DNA of 64,000 bases from Paracoccaceae bacterium (GCA_041594355.1 JBFHMM010000001.1:5872-69871), one strand, 5' to 3'; shown: positions 29,365 to 39,697, counted from the first letter of the stretch. A program made the numbers and translations. Notes: generated from the letters alone by a model not told the origin.

Positions 29365-30372
29365 TTAAGCGGAAGGTCCGGAATCTCTGCGCTTTTTCTT
29401 AGCCTGGATGGCAACGTTGGCCAGATCGTCGAACAACAGGGCAAGGGAGCGGATCGTTTCGGGCCGGAAATAGGTTTCGGGGGCCGGAGGCGGGATGCTG
29501 GTGTCGATATCGGCGAACCGGAGACCATGAGCGGTTTCCAGGTAGTCGCGCACGGTTTTGGTCTTTTCCACAATCCGGGCGAGGGTTTCGCCGGGAAAGA
29601 CGTACTTCGGCCCCTCGACCTGCGGCAGCTTGCGCTGCAGCAGCCGGTTGCGTGAAAACTTGGGTGCAAATTCACTCAGCGCATCAGCCAGCAGCAGCCC
29701 GGCGCCGGACAGGGAATCGTTCTGCCGGATAGAGGGGATCTGCTCTACCAGGTCCCCCAGCCCGGCCCGGGATAGGAAATCGCCGACAATATCGGGCTTG
29801 CCGGGCAGATCGCCGGTATAGGCGCAAACGCTGACCGCATCATGACCAAAAACCCCGCTCCAGCGGTCAATCAGGCTCTTGTAGTGGCTGGTGGGCGGAT
29901 CGGCGAGGCAGTCGGCCAGCCGGGCGGCGCCGTTCTTGACCTGCTCCTGAATCATGCTCAGCGCCTGCTGCACCGGATCACGGACATAGACCAGAACCCG
30001 CAGGGCGGCGAAGCGTGCCTCGAGCCAGCGTTTCAGCGCCGCGATCTCATCGGCGTCCAGCAGTACCGAATGTTCGGCGCTCAGGATCACCAGCCGGGGG
30101 GCCGATGCGGCAATCTCGGCCTCCAGCTCGGCCAGCGTCGCGGTATTGTGTGCCACCGTGGCAGCGCCGCTGCGTCCGGCCATGCGATTGTAATCGAAAC
30201 TGTCGGGATCGGTCATGAAGGCCGAGACCAGAAACCGGTGATTGCGCTCCAGCGCCGGATACAGAACCCCCGCCTCGGCGAGAATGCCGCTGCCCTGTTT
30301 CAGGCTGACCTGGATCGAGGTCGACCCCGTCTTGGGCACACCGATATGCAACAGGCAGTCAGGTTTCATCAC
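29365..30372 (-). CDS. Sulfotransferase-fold protein (LHIG-K-SG/TG family)
   Basis: LHIGVPKTGSTSIQ, SAE, YVRDP, DIVGDF, NDSLS. Confidence 0.8.
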   Translation of the reverse strand: MMKPDCLLHIGVPKTGSTSIQVSLKQGSGILAEAGVLYPALERNHRFLVSAFMTDPDSFDYNRMAGRSGAATVAHNTATLAELEAEIAASAPRLVILSAEHSVLLDADEIAALKRWLEARFAALRVLVYVRDPVQQALSMIQEQVKNGAARLADCLADPPTSHYKSLIDRWSGVFGHDAVSVCAYTGDLPGKPDIVGDFLSRAGLGDLVEQIPSIRQNDSLSGAGLLLADALSEFAPKFSRNRLLQRKLPQVEGPKYVFPGETLARIVEKTKTVRDYLETAHGLRFADIDTSIPPPAPETYFRPETIRSLALLFDDLANVAIQAKKKRRDSGPSA

Positions 30373-30415
30373 TAGCCGTTCCTGTTATCCGCGCGCCGGT
30401 CCAGATCGGGATCAG

Positions 30416-31186
30416 TCAACCCTGCTGCAGATCCCAGCCGGCATCGCTTTCGGTGATCCAGTCCAGCCGGTTGATCCGTTTGAGGAACTCGCGCACGTCG
30501 TCCTTGTTATCGAAGCGCGACAGGATATGCGACGTATTGTTCCGCCGCAGGCTGGTTTGCAGCGGCCCGGGCTGTGCGACACCCAGATAGGGGAACAGCC
30601 GCCGCACCAGACCTTCGTTCAGCAGGTCGCCATATTCGAGATATTCGAAATGCTGCCCGGCGGCGTTCAGCGCTTCGACCACGCGTCCATAGAACCCGAT
30701 GTGACGGTTATAGAGGTTCCAGAACTGCTTTTCCTCGAATTCGACGGTCTCGTTCCAGGTCGGCTTGGCGCTGGTTTCCGCAACCGAGCTGCGCTTGCCG
30801 TCCTCGGTCGGAGCCGACCACAGCTCCTTTTTCTGCGAGATCAGCCGCGAGGAGTAGATCGACAGGAAATTGCGCCGGTTCAGCACGATCTTTTTCCAGT
30901 CGTCGCGCCGGATCAGCTCCTGCAGCAGATCCTCGTTGTGCCCGTCAAAGATCTTGAACCCGACCGCTTCGGCCCTGGCGTTGGTTTCTCCGACGATCTT
31001 GTCGAGAAACGCCGACGGGTTGGTGTTGCGCTCGGCGATTTCCGCGCTGCGGTCGATGCCGTCGATATTCAGTTCGTTCTGGTTGTACAGCTCGTAGTGG
31101 CATTTGACCGCCGGTGACGAGTTCAGAAGCTGGACCAGAAGGGTTGAACCGGTGCGCGGCGCGCCGATCAGAACAAATTTTTTCAT
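30416..31186 (-). CDS. Sulfotransferase (Stf0-like)
   Basis: IGAPRTGSTLL, CHYELYN, GFKIF, LNRRNFL...SS, LEYGDL. Confidence 0.8.
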   Translation of the reverse strand: MKKFVLIGAPRTGSTLLVQLLNSSPAVKCHYELYNQNELNIDGIDRSAEIAERNTNPSAFLDKIVGETNARAEAVGFKIFDGHNEDLLQELIRRDDWKKIVLNRRNFLSIYSSRLISQKKELWSAPTEDGKRSSVAETSAKPTWNETVEFEEKQFWNLYNRHIGFYGRVVEALNAAGQHFEYLEYGDLLNEGLVRRLFPYLGVAQPGPLQTSLRRNNTSHILSRFDNKDDVREFLKRINRLDWITESDAGWDLQQG

Positions 31187-31491
31187 GGTGCGGCCTCTCC
31201 CAGATCCGTTTTTTTGTCGGGTTACTCACCGGGCCCCCGGTGGAATACGCAGGCCCGGATCCGTATCAAACTCAGTATTTTTTGTAGGTTCGAGCCGCAA
31301 CGGGAAAGCCGCGCTTTTTTGGCGCATGTTGCCCGTTTTATACTTTCCGGAAGGAAATGACGCTTCGATGACGGGTTTTCCCGGCGACGGCGGGGCTTTT
31401 GACCGCTGGCTGCCGGACGCCGGATTTGCCAAACTGCCCGAACCGCCGTGAACCGCCCCGGACCGGGTCGCGCGGCAGAGGAGACTTGTGC

Positions 31492-32166
31492 ATGGACTTC
31501 GACATCGCCGATCTGGTGAGTGGCCCGACCCCGTTCGAGAACTGTGTGGTGCATTGCAGCGAGGCGGTTCTGAAACGGCTGCGGTTCGCGGTGCACGGCC
31601 GTGCCGATCTGCCCCGGCGCAATTACCGGGTCTCGATCCCCGATCCGGACTTTCGCGGCAAGGTCTCCATCCTGATGGGCCCCGGCGGCGGCGAAATCGA
31701 ACTGGCCGGGCGTGGCCCGATGGTGGCCGATTTCCGCATGTGGCGCGACGCCACCGTGCGGATCGGCGACAAGACCACGATCAACGGCGCCCGCATCGTT
31801 GCCGACAATGCCGACATCGTCATCGGGCGCGACAACCTGTGGTCGGACGAGATCATCGTGCAATCCAACGATCAGCACGGGATCGTCGATCTGAAGACCG
31901 GGCAGTTGAAGAACACCCACCGCCGCCGCACGCGGATCGGCGATCACGTCTGGGTCGGGCGGCGCACGGTGCTGATGCCGGACCTGACGGTGGGCGACGG
32001 CGCGGTAGTGGCGGCCGGCGCCATCGTCACGCGAGAGGTGCCGCCGCGCTGTATCGCGGGCGGCAACCCGGCGCGGGTGATCTCCAAAGACACCTCGTGG
32101 TCGCGCCAGCCGGGTGGGCCCACCCCGGCCGAAACCGACTATTATGGCGAGGACTGGCCGGGCTGA
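31492..32166 (+). CDS. Left-handed beta-helix (hexapeptide) O-acyltransferase
   Basis: [52 protein letters not shown]. Confidence 0.88.
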   Translation: MDFDIADLVSGPTPFENCVVHCSEAVLKRLRFAVHGRADLPRRNYRVSIPDPDFRGKVSILMGPGGGEIELAGRGPMVADFRMWRDATVRIGDKTTINGARIVADNADIVIGRDNLWSDEIIVQSNDQHGIVDLKTGQLKNTHRRRTRIGDHVWVGRRTVLMPDLTVGDGAVVAAGAIVTREVPPRCIAGGNPARVISKDTSWSRQPGGPTPAETDYYGEDWPG

Positions 32167-32930
32167 GCCCCCGGCGGCGCGGCCCCGGTGCCGCCCTCTG
32201 ACAGCGCGCGTTCCAGGCTGACGTTGCGCAAATGGTCCAGTTCAGCGGCATCGAACACCGGCGGTATCTCGACCGGCGGGCCGCTGGTCTCGTTGCGGCG
32301 GGTGCGCTTGTCCTTGACCAGCCGGGCCCGGGACGCGTCCAGCCCGAGAAAACCGAGCACCCGCCCGGTGGCCTCCGGCCCCGTCACCAACTCCTCGAAA
32401 TCCAGATCCAAGACCCGGCGCACCCCGTGGCCGCGCAGCATCGCATGGATCCCCGCGACCATGGCCATCTGCACCCGGGCATCGGCGATGACCTCCTCGG
32501 GGCTGACACGGGAAAACCGCTTTGGCCGCCAGAGCTCCTTTTCCACCCGCAGCAGGCATTCCGACCGGAACCGCCGCACCAGGTCGCGGCGCCACAGGAC
32601 CACCACCGCCGGATCGTCCGCCAACACCCGGTTCAGCAAATAGGCGTTCTGTTCCAGGTAGAAATGCGAATAGAGCGCCTTGAACCCCTGGCACGGAACA
32701 TCCGGCTGCGCCAGCATCAGCCGCAGGAACCCGTCGGGATCGTCCTGGCGCATCTGGGGGGTCAGACCGGGGATCTGGCTCAGCTTGCCGACCTTGTTGG
32801 ACAGGCCCAGAATCCGGTTCTTGCCGAGGATCTCGCCGTGGCACAGCACCCCGGTCTGGACATTGATCGCCAGCCGCAGCGCGGTGCTGCCCGACCGGGC
32901 AGGCGAGACGATCAGGAAATGACGTGTCAT
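32142..32930 (-). CDS. Sulfotransferase (Stf0-like)
   Basis: SPARSGSTAL, CHGEI, GFKAL, LWRRDL...S, FEELV. Confidence 0.75.
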   Translation of the reverse strand: MTRHFLIVSPARSGSTALRLAINVQTGVLCHGEILGKNRILGLSNKVGKLSQIPGLTPQMRQDDPDGFLRLMLAQPDVPCQGFKALYSHFYLEQNAYLLNRVLADDPAVVVLWRRDLVRRFRSECLLRVEKELWRPKRFSRVSPEEVIADARVQMAMVAGIHAMLRGHGVRRVLDLDFEELVTGPEATGRVLGFLGLDASRARLVKDKRTRRNETSGPPVEIPPVFDAAELDHLRNVSLERALSEGGTGAAPPGAQPGQSSP

Positions 32931-33916
32931 TGCAACGGCTCCTTGCGTGGGGCGGGGGCCAGGCTGAGCCAGGGCGCGGCGCGCGCCATGACCCTGGCCA
33001 GACGTGGCGGCAGGGCCTGACCGGCGGCGGCCCCGATCCTCTCCAGATCGGCCTGCAGCCTGTCCATCTCCGGCAGCACCGGGTTGCCGGCCCAGAATTT
33101 CAGCGCCGGCAGCGGCCCCAGCAGACGGACCAGCGACGCATTATAGGCGCTGCGCGCGCGCAGCCGCGCGGCGTCTTCGTCGGCGATGTAAAAGGCACGG
33201 CGGAAGGCAGCATGGGTGCCGGCCAGATCGCGCAGGGCCGCGTAATCCAGCGCCGGCAGCTCCAGCTTGTTGGCGGCCAGCTTGTAGACCAGCAGGTTGC
33301 CCCCGATCGAAGGGTTCATGTCGCCCTGCGGGATCGCGCCGGGGGCAATGTCCAGCCGGGTGCAGACATCGGCGATGATGTCGCCGTCCTTCAGCCGCGA
33401 CCGGTCGTACCAGCACAGCTCCAGATCGCCAATCGCGCGCCAGCGCGCGGCAAAGGGGGCCAGGTCGCCCAGGCCCTGCACGAATTTGCGGAACGGCACG
33501 AACCGGGGCTGGTTCTGGATCATCTGCCGATACCCCGAAACCGCGTAATCCAGATGTTCGCGCAGATAGCACAGCACCCGGATGCGGCCCACATCAAGCG
33601 CATCGGCGAAATCCCGCAGCCGGGTCAGGTCGGTCAGGTTCTGGAAGGCCTCGCTGGACAGCAGGATCCGGGTGTGATGCGGCTCTAATTCGCCACGAAT
33701 GGCGGCGGCGATATCCGCCAGCCCCGCCCCGTCGGACTGGCCGGAATGGCACTGCGCGGCAATGGCGTGATGCGCGATGCGGTTGGGGCAGCCCGCCCGC
33801 GGATACAATACCCCCTGCCCGCTCAGGTGGTCGCGCGCGCCACCCAGGAAATGCTGCAACGAACTGGTGCCGGATTTATGACGCCCGATGTGCAGGATCA
33901 GTTCGGGGGCGCTCAT
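32927..33916 (-). CDS. Sulfotransferase-fold protein (LHIG-K-SG/TG family)
   Basis: LHIGRHKSGTSSLQ, LYP, LSSEAF, YLREH, GDIIAD, NPSIG. Confidence 0.78.
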   Translation of the reverse strand: MSAPELILHIGRHKSGTSSLQHFLGGARDHLSGQGVLYPRAGCPNRIAHHAIAAQCHSGQSDGAGLADIAAAIRGELEPHHTRILLSSEAFQNLTDLTRLRDFADALDVGRIRVLCYLREHLDYAVSGYRQMIQNQPRFVPFRKFVQGLGDLAPFAARWRAIGDLELCWYDRSRLKDGDIIADVCTRLDIAPGAIPQGDMNPSIGGNLLVYKLAANKLELPALDYAALRDLAGTHAAFRRAFYIADEDAARLRARSAYNASLVRLLGPLPALKFWAGNPVLPEMDRLQADLERIGAAAGQALPPRLARVMARAAPWLSLAPAPRKEPLQ

Positions 33917-34620
33917 GACAGCTCCGCGACCCTGTCTCTTGCCGCCTGCAGCACCGTGCGGTCATCGGTGTTGGCCGCCTCCAGCAGCCTGCGCACGCGG
34001 GGGCCGATCGGCGGCGGCACCCGCCTGGTCGAGGTATTGGCCCGTACCGAGCGGGGGGTGAAATCGGGGTAGCTGTGGGCCAGCGCCGCCGCGAGGCGGC
34101 GCAGCGTGCCGTCGAAGTCCTCGACCAGACCGACCACGCTCAGCAGGTCGAGCGCCCGCAGCGCCCGCTGCAGTTCCGGCTCCGGTCCGGGCAACAGGCT
34201 GGCCAGCCTGTGGGTCTGGAAGTTGCGGCACTGGCGGTCTCCGGGGCGCGCCAGCCGCGTGGTGACATAGCCGCGCAGATCGTGCTGCTTGGCCAGTTCC
34301 GCGCCCCATGTATCCGCCTGCTGGCGGCGTTCGAACCGATAGGCGGAGCGCACCCGCTCGACCGGATCGCGCAACAGCATCACGGTGACCAGATCGACGC
34401 CCTCAATCCGCGGCACCGGCCCCAGCGCGGTATGGGTGGAAAACGCCACCGCCCGCGGGTTGGCGCGGATCCAGCCGGCCACCGCCGCGCTGTTGTCGGG
34501 CGGGCTGGTGGGAAATTCGGCCGTGACCCAGCGGTCGCCGAAGTTCTGCTTCAGAACCTGATCCAGCGAGGTGCCCGCATTCTTGAACAGGTGGTAATGC
34601 AGGATGACGGTACGGTTCAT
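33913..34620 (-). CDS. Sulfotransferase (family 2-like)
   Basis: HYHLFKNAGTS, LRDPVERVRSAYRF, NFQT, GLVEDF. Confidence 0.8.
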   Translation of the reverse strand: MNRTVILHYHLFKNAGTSLDQVLKQNFGDRWVTAEFPTSPPDNSAAVAGWIRANPRAVAFSTHTALGPVPRIEGVDLVTVMLLRDPVERVRSAYRFERRQQADTWGAELAKQHDLRGYVTTRLARPGDRQCRNFQTHRLASLLPGPEPELQRALRALDLLSVVGLVEDFDGTLRRLAAALAHSYPDFTPRSVRANTSTRRVPPPIGPRVRRLLEAANTDDRTVLQAARDRVAELS

Positions 34621-34665
34621 AAAGTCGCAAAGCCTGATCGTGGACAGCGGGGACGGTGGAAAGGA

Positions 34666-35757
34666 TCAGGCGTTGGTGATGCTTTCCTCGTCGCACAGCA
34701 CCTCGAGTTTCTTGGAAACCGCACGCAGATGCGCATCGGGCTTGTGCTGTTTCTTGACCTTCTTGGGCTTGGGCTGCGCTCCCATGTCGACCCCGGCGAA
34801 ATGCTTGAAGAACAGCCGCATCACGTGGTTCACCCCCTTGGGGGTCACCACCCGGCGGTCGGGCGCGTAATACTTGCCGCGCAGATGCGGGCTGATGATC
34901 ACCTCGTAGCTGGGGAAATAACAGCAATCGTCCAGCGTGTTCCTGGCCTTTTCGGCCGCCACCCGCAGCACCGACTTGGTCCAGACGGTCGAGGCATAGA
35001 TATGGCGGTCCTCGAAGGTGGCGTTCACCGACACCGGCGACACCGTCAGGATGAATTTCACATCCGGATTCTTCGAGCGGATGAACGTCAGCGCGTCGAT
35101 CAGATCCTGCGCGGTCTCGGCCTCGTCGAAATTCTTGAACTCGACGACCGAGGGATCATAGATGCCGCCCGCCACGCCGGGCGCCAGCGGAAAGACGGCG
35201 CCGTCGCGGTTATCGACCCAGGCCTCGGTCATGCCGAGGGTGAAGATGAAATAATCCATCTCCTCGACCATGTGACGCACGGCGGCCAGATGCTGGTCCT
35301 GGTCGGCGGCCAGCTCCTCGGGGCTGGCATAGCCGCCGGGCTGCATCTGTGGGCGGAACGGATCGACATAGGTGCCCTCATCGGGGCCCGGCCAGCAGGT
35401 GGTCAGCGGTTCGAATTCACCATAGGCGCGCAGCAGCAGCTGTTTCAGCTGGCGGCAGGTATAGACATTGCCATAACGCGCCGAGAACAGCCCGTAGTGA
35501 TGCGCCTCGGCCACCTTGGGCGGGATCAGCGGGTGCGGCTTTTCGGCGATATAGTGGTTGAACCCCGACCCGGTCAGGAATTTCGCCACGGTCTGGGCAA
35601 AACAGCTGCCGGCGGTAACCACCTTGTCCTCGCGGGTCAGGTGAAAGGGCACATCGGTGACCGGATCGAACAGTTCGGGATATTCAAGCCCGGCCTCGTT
35701 TTTCCAGAACCGGCAATCGGGCAGCCCCGCGTAGGGGTGGCGTGGTGTCTCGGTCAT
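34666..35757 (-). CDS. GSCFA-domain protein
   Basis: Literal TAGSCFAQ motif, FSARYGNVYT, FTLGMTEAW, LTVSPV, YFPSYE. Confidence 0.92.
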   Translation of the reverse strand: MTETPRHPYAGLPDCRFWKNEAGLEYPELFDPVTDVPFHLTREDKVVTAGSCFAQTVAKFLTGSGFNHYIAEKPHPLIPPKVAEAHHYGLFSARYGNVYTCRQLKQLLLRAYGEFEPLTTCWPGPDEGTYVDPFRPQMQPGGYASPEELAADQDQHLAAVRHMVEEMDYFIFTLGMTEAWVDNRDGAVFPLAPGVAGGIYDPSVVEFKNFDEAETAQDLIDALTFIRSKNPDVKFILTVSPVSVNATFEDRHIYASTVWTKSVLRVAAEKARNTLDDCCYFPSYEVIISPHLRGKYYAPDRRVVTPKGVNHVMRLFFKHFAGVDMGAQPKPKKVKKQHKPDAHLRAVSKKLEVLCDEESITNA

Positions 35758-36467
35758 GCGGTTTCCCTTTCGAAAATCCGGTCCAGCATCAGCCGGCCAT
35801 AGGCAGCGTTCCCATGCGAGGGATCGTTGTTGTAAAACCCGCCCTTCAGAAATCCGTCTTCGGTCAGCGCCCCGGGGGCGGCGGGCAGGAATTCGGCCCC
35901 CAGCGCCTCGGCCTGTTCCCGGGTCAGTTCAACCTGAAGGTCATACAGCGTCTTGCGCAGCGTGACAGGCCCGATGCCGCTGTGCAACTTGTCCTTGAAG
36001 ATACCGAGGTTGCCCAGCACATGATCGCCGTCGGCGATCGGCGGCGGCGAGCTGAGATGGATGAAGCGGGCGTTGGGGAAATCGGCGTGCAGCTGCGCGG
36101 TCATCTGGTCGTGTTTGTGCATCATCGCCTTCATCGCGTCGCGCATCACCGCACGCGGGATCAACTGGCGCGGCGCGGCATCGTCAGCCCCCGGCGCAAG
36201 GCCCAGCTCGGCGCTGCCCACCGCGATCGGCTCGGGGTGATCCAGCAGGCCCAGCTGATTGTGTTCATTGCCGCCGATACAGATACAGACCACATCCGGG
36301 TCCCGGGTCTTGAACCGGCCGGTCTTGATCTTGGCGGTCTGGCGCGACCACAGGTCCTTGTTCTGCTTTAGGTTGACGATCTCGACCTGCGCGGCCTCGT
36401 CTTCACGCAGCGCCGCTTTCAGGCATTGGATATGGCTCATGCCGACCATCAGATATTTGCGGGACAT
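35754..36467 (-). CDS. SGNH/GDSL-like hypothetical protein
   Basis: VGMSH (block I-like), IGGNEH (block III-like), DPSHGN (block V-like). Coupled to the GSCFA gene. Confidence 0.6.
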   Translation of the reverse strand: MSRKYLMVGMSHIQCLKAALREDEAAQVEIVNLKQNKDLWSRQTAKIKTGRFKTRDPDVVCICIGGNEHNQLGLLDHPEPIAVGSAELGLAPGADDAAPRQLIPRAVMRDAMKAMMHKHDQMTAQLHADFPNARFIHLSSPPPIADGDHVLGNLGIFKDKLHSGIGPVTLRKTLYDLQVELTREQAEALGAEFLPAAPGALTEDGFLKGGFYNNDPSHGNAAYGRLMLDRIFERETA

Positions 36468-36578
36468 GATCCCTCCCCAGGCGGATAAACAGTATTGGGC
36501 ACACCCGAAATCTCCGGCCGCAGGCCCTTTGGTCAGACTATGCCATTGCTGGCGGGCGGGGAACAAGACACGGCGGCG

Positions 36579-39500
36579 TTATTCGGTCTCCCGGCGCACC
36601 CGGTAGTGTATTCCGGCGGCAATCGGCCCATCGATCCGGGTCGGCGGGCCGGTGCGCCAGGCGATTTCAAGGCTGTCGATGCTGGCCGCCTGCCCCAGCC
36701 CGAAATGCACCCGCGGCGCGTCAAAGGACATGAATCCGCCGCCCGACTGCACCTCGCGGGTCTGGGTCCGGCCACCCGCGTAGGTGATCGTCAGCCGCGC
36801 GCCGATGCCATCGCGGTTGCCGGCCATATCCTCCAGCGAGACGGTGATCGATTTGGCCGTAGTGCCGTTGGCGGCCGTGTTCACGAAAGCCGCCAGCGGG
36901 CCGTTGACCGTATGGGTCACCAGATCCAGGTCGCCGTCGTTGTCGATGTCGAACGCGGTGGCGGCGGCGGTCATCAGGTAATCCTCGAGCCCGAAGGGAC
37001 CCGACATTTCCACAAAGCCGCCCTGGCCGTCGTTGTGGAAGAACAGGTTCGACGGGCTGACCTCGTTGGGGACCCAGGTGCCGTTGACCACATAAACGTC
37101 GAGCCAGCCGTCGTTGTCGAAATCGGCGATCTTCGTGTCCCAGCTCCAGCCACCGATCTCGAGCCCGCGTGGCCCGGCGGTGTCCGTGAAAGGCGCGGCG
37201 GGGTCATCGCGTTCCAGCAAGACGTTCGATCGCAGGACCTGCGGAATCGCGGCCTGCGATTCCGCCCCCGTGATCGCGCGGGGCGGCGCGAAATGGATAT
37301 CGCAATAGGCGCGCGGAATCACCTGATCGGCGGCGATCAGCTTGCACAGGGCCGGATCGCGGCGCTGGATCGCCAGATCCTTGACCAGCATCGCCTTGCA
37401 TTCCGCACCGTATCGTCCGCTCAGATCGGCACAGCGCCCGGCATAGGTCGGGTCGAAATTATTGCCCGCCTTGTACCAGCGCTTGATCGCCATGTTGGTT
37501 TCACAGGCCGCCTTGTCACCGGCATCGGCGATGGTGTCGCAATAGCGCTCCAGCGGCTGCATCTTCAGCGTCTCCGACACCCCCGAAGACCGCCCCGCGA
37601 TCTGGGCCAGATAGACCTCGGGCACCCCGTCGTTGAACAGGTCCGCGGATTTCACCGCCATCGTGGTGGTGGTCGTATGCGGGATCAGCCCGTCGCCATG
37701 GGTGATGGCCCGAAGATTGCCCTGCCCGTCTCCGACATAGAAATAATCCGGGATCTCAAAATCATTGCCGATCACCATGTCGGCGGCGCCGTCCAGATCC
37801 AGATCGCTGAACAGCACCGACAGGGTCTCGCCCGGGATGCCCGGCAGATCGGCAAAGACCGACCCGTCCAGCGGCGTGCCCTTGCTCAACAGCAGCCGGT
37901 TGCGCGATTCCTCTCCCGGCACCCGCCGGTACCAGCCCGCCGCCCAATTGCCGAGCGCGGCGTCGAGGAACCCGTCGCCGTTCACATCATCAAAGGCCAG
38001 CGCCAGGCTGAGCACGGCATTGTCCCTGTTGGGCACCGGCTGTGGGGTCGGGTCCAACACGCCCTCGCGGTTCCACAGCACGTAATTACCCTGCAGGTAG
38101 CTGGCCAGGAACAGATCCGGCCAGCCGTCGCGGTTCAGATCGTTGAGCGCGGCGTTGAACACGGGCAGGCCCGTCAACGGCTCTGATACGGGCGGATCGG
38201 CTGCAAACCGGCCCCGGCCATCGTTGCGATAGACATACAGCCCGCGCTCGGTCGAGGCGACGACCAGATCCAGATCACCGTCGCGGTCGATGTCGCCGGA
38301 GCTCAGGCTGCGACCCTCCCAGAACGGCGGCCACATGTCACGCATGGTGAATTCAAGCGGCTTGTCGATCCCCAGTGCGCGCGCCTCGCGGCGCCGGAAC
38401 GGGGTGTCGCCCTCTCCCGAGGGCGGCGCGTGGGGCTGTGCGGTCAGGGTGATCCGGTCCGCATCATCGCTGCGGATCATCGGGCCTTCGATCGTCGTGG
38501 CGTGGGCGGGGCGGAACAGCACCTGCTCGACGCTCAGCAGCAACTCCAGCGCGCGGTCGCTTTGCCAGTGGTGGTAGCGCTGCGCGCCCAGACCGGCGAT
38601 CACCCCCAGGCCGGCCACCGCCAGCGCCAGCAGCAGCGCGGCGCGCAGCGCGATGGTCTGCGCCACGATAAAGAAGGAATAGACACTGAACGACCCCAGC
38701 GTAAACACCAGCGCCATGACAAATCCCGGCTCCAGCCCGGCGGTCATCAGCGCACCGGCGGCCACCACGTCAAAGGCGATCGGCACCGGCAGGAACACCC
38801 CCACCGCGGCCACCACCAGCAGCGCCAGCAGGCCGAACGTCAGCCCCAGCACCGCATCGCCCGGCAGCAGTGTCGCCACCAGAGACCCCAGAAACCCCGC
38901 CAGCAGCATCAGCGGCACGGTCATCCGCACGATGTACCACAGGTTGGCCAGAAACAGCCGCCCCGTCGCCAGCATCGCCGTTCCGATGCTTTCGCCGCCT
39001 TCGTCCCTCTGCAGTTCAGCCGCGCTCCACGGCGTCGGCGCCTGCTGATCAGGCGCGGCCACCAGCGCCTCGCCCGGCAGGGTCCGGCAGATCAGCGGCA
39101 CCAGCACCAGGATCAGCAGCAGGCTGAGCGCCACCTTGGTCACCGCCATATAGACCGGCAGCAGGCTGAACAGCATGGTCAGCACCACCACGTTCAGCGT
39201 CGGCGAGGCCATCATCGCCGACAGCGTGGTCTCGGCCCTGAGCCCGCCGGAAAACATGCCGCGCGCAATCGGCGCGGCGCAGTTCACGCAGACTCCCAAT
39301 GGCGCGCCCAGCACCAGCCCCAGCGCCGAATTGGCAAACCGCCCCGAAAAACTGCGCCGCCGCAGAAACGGCACCGCGGTCAGAAAGGCGGCGGCGAAAA
39401 GCACGCCGAACGTCATGCCCTTCTTGTTGGTATTGACCCAGTTCAGGGTCGAATAGAACACCCGTTCCGCCAGCGACATGTCGGCGGTCAGCGCGATCTT

Positions 39501-39674
39501 GGCCTCGAAGCTCAGCGAATCCTCCAGCTGGATGGCCCCCGACATCATCGCCTTTTCATCCAGCGCGGGATAGCGCGAGCTGGTCCAGAACACATAGGCC
39601 AGCCCGGCCACGATCAGCAGCGCCAGCAGAAAGCGTTTTTCAAAATGCGGCTGGATGAATGACTGTTTCTGCAT
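36579..39674 (-). CDS. Permease (ArsP/DUF318-like) fused to FG-GAP beta-propeller and ASPIC/UnbV domain (CRTAC1-like)
   Basis: About 9 hydrophobic segments with GAPLGVCVNCAAP and ASPTLN. Seven DxD/NxDG-type motifs. C-terminal GNRDGIGARL...SGGGFMS...VHFGLG. Confidence 0.85.
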   Translation of the reverse strand: MQKQSFIQPHFEKRFLLALLIVAGLAYVFWTSSRYPALDEKAMMSGAIQLEDSLSFEAKIALTADMSLAERVFYSTLNWVNTNKKGMTFGVLFAAAFLTAVPFLRRRSFSGRFANSALGLVLGAPLGVCVNCAAPIARGMFSGGLRAETTLSAMMASPTLNVVVLTMLFSLLPVYMAVTKVALSLLLILVLVPLICRTLPGEALVAAPDQQAPTPWSAAELQRDEGGESIGTAMLATGRLFLANLWYIVRMTVPLMLLAGFLGSLVATLLPGDAVLGLTFGLLALLVVAAVGVFLPVPIAFDVVAAGALMTAGLEPGFVMALVFTLGSFSVYSFFIVAQTIALRAALLLALAVAGLGVIAGLGAQRYHHWQSDRALELLLSVEQVLFRPAHATTIEGPMIRSDDADRITLTAQPHAPPSGEGDTPFRRREARALGIDKPLEFTMRDMWPPFWEGRSLSSGDIDRDGDLDLVVASTERGLYVYRNDGRGRFAADPPVSEPLTGLPVFNAALNDLNRDGWPDLFLASYLQGNYVLWNREGVLDPTPQPVPNRDNAVLSLALAFDDVNGDGFLDAALGNWAAGWYRRVPGEESRNRLLLSKGTPLDGSVFADLPGIPGETLSVLFSDLDLDGAADMVIGNDFEIPDYFYVGDGQGNLRAITHGDGLIPHTTTTTMAVKSADLFNDGVPEVYLAQIAGRSSGVSETLKMQPLERYCDTIADAGDKAACETNMAIKRWYKAGNNFDPTYAGRCADLSGRYGAECKAMLVKDLAIQRRDPALCKLIAADQVIPRAYCDIHFAPPRAITGAESQAAIPQVLRSNVLLERDDPAAPFTDTAGPRGLEIGGWSWDTKIADFDNDGWLDVYVVNGTWVPNEVSPSNLFFHNDGQGGFVEMSGPFGLEDYLMTAAATAFDIDNDGDLDLVTHTVNGPLAAFVNTAANGTTAKSITVSLEDMAGNRDGIGARLTITYAGGRTQTREVQSGGGFMSFDAPRVHFGLGQAASIDSLEIAWRTGPPTRIDGPIAAGIHYRVRRETE

Positions 39675-39697
39675 GGGCGGTGTCCCCTGTAGGCAGG

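Noticed and set aside
36579-39674. Arsenic-resistance (arsP) or enediyne (unbV) locus
   Set aside because: Only domain-level resemblance; no ars regulators or reductases and no PKS genes nearby.
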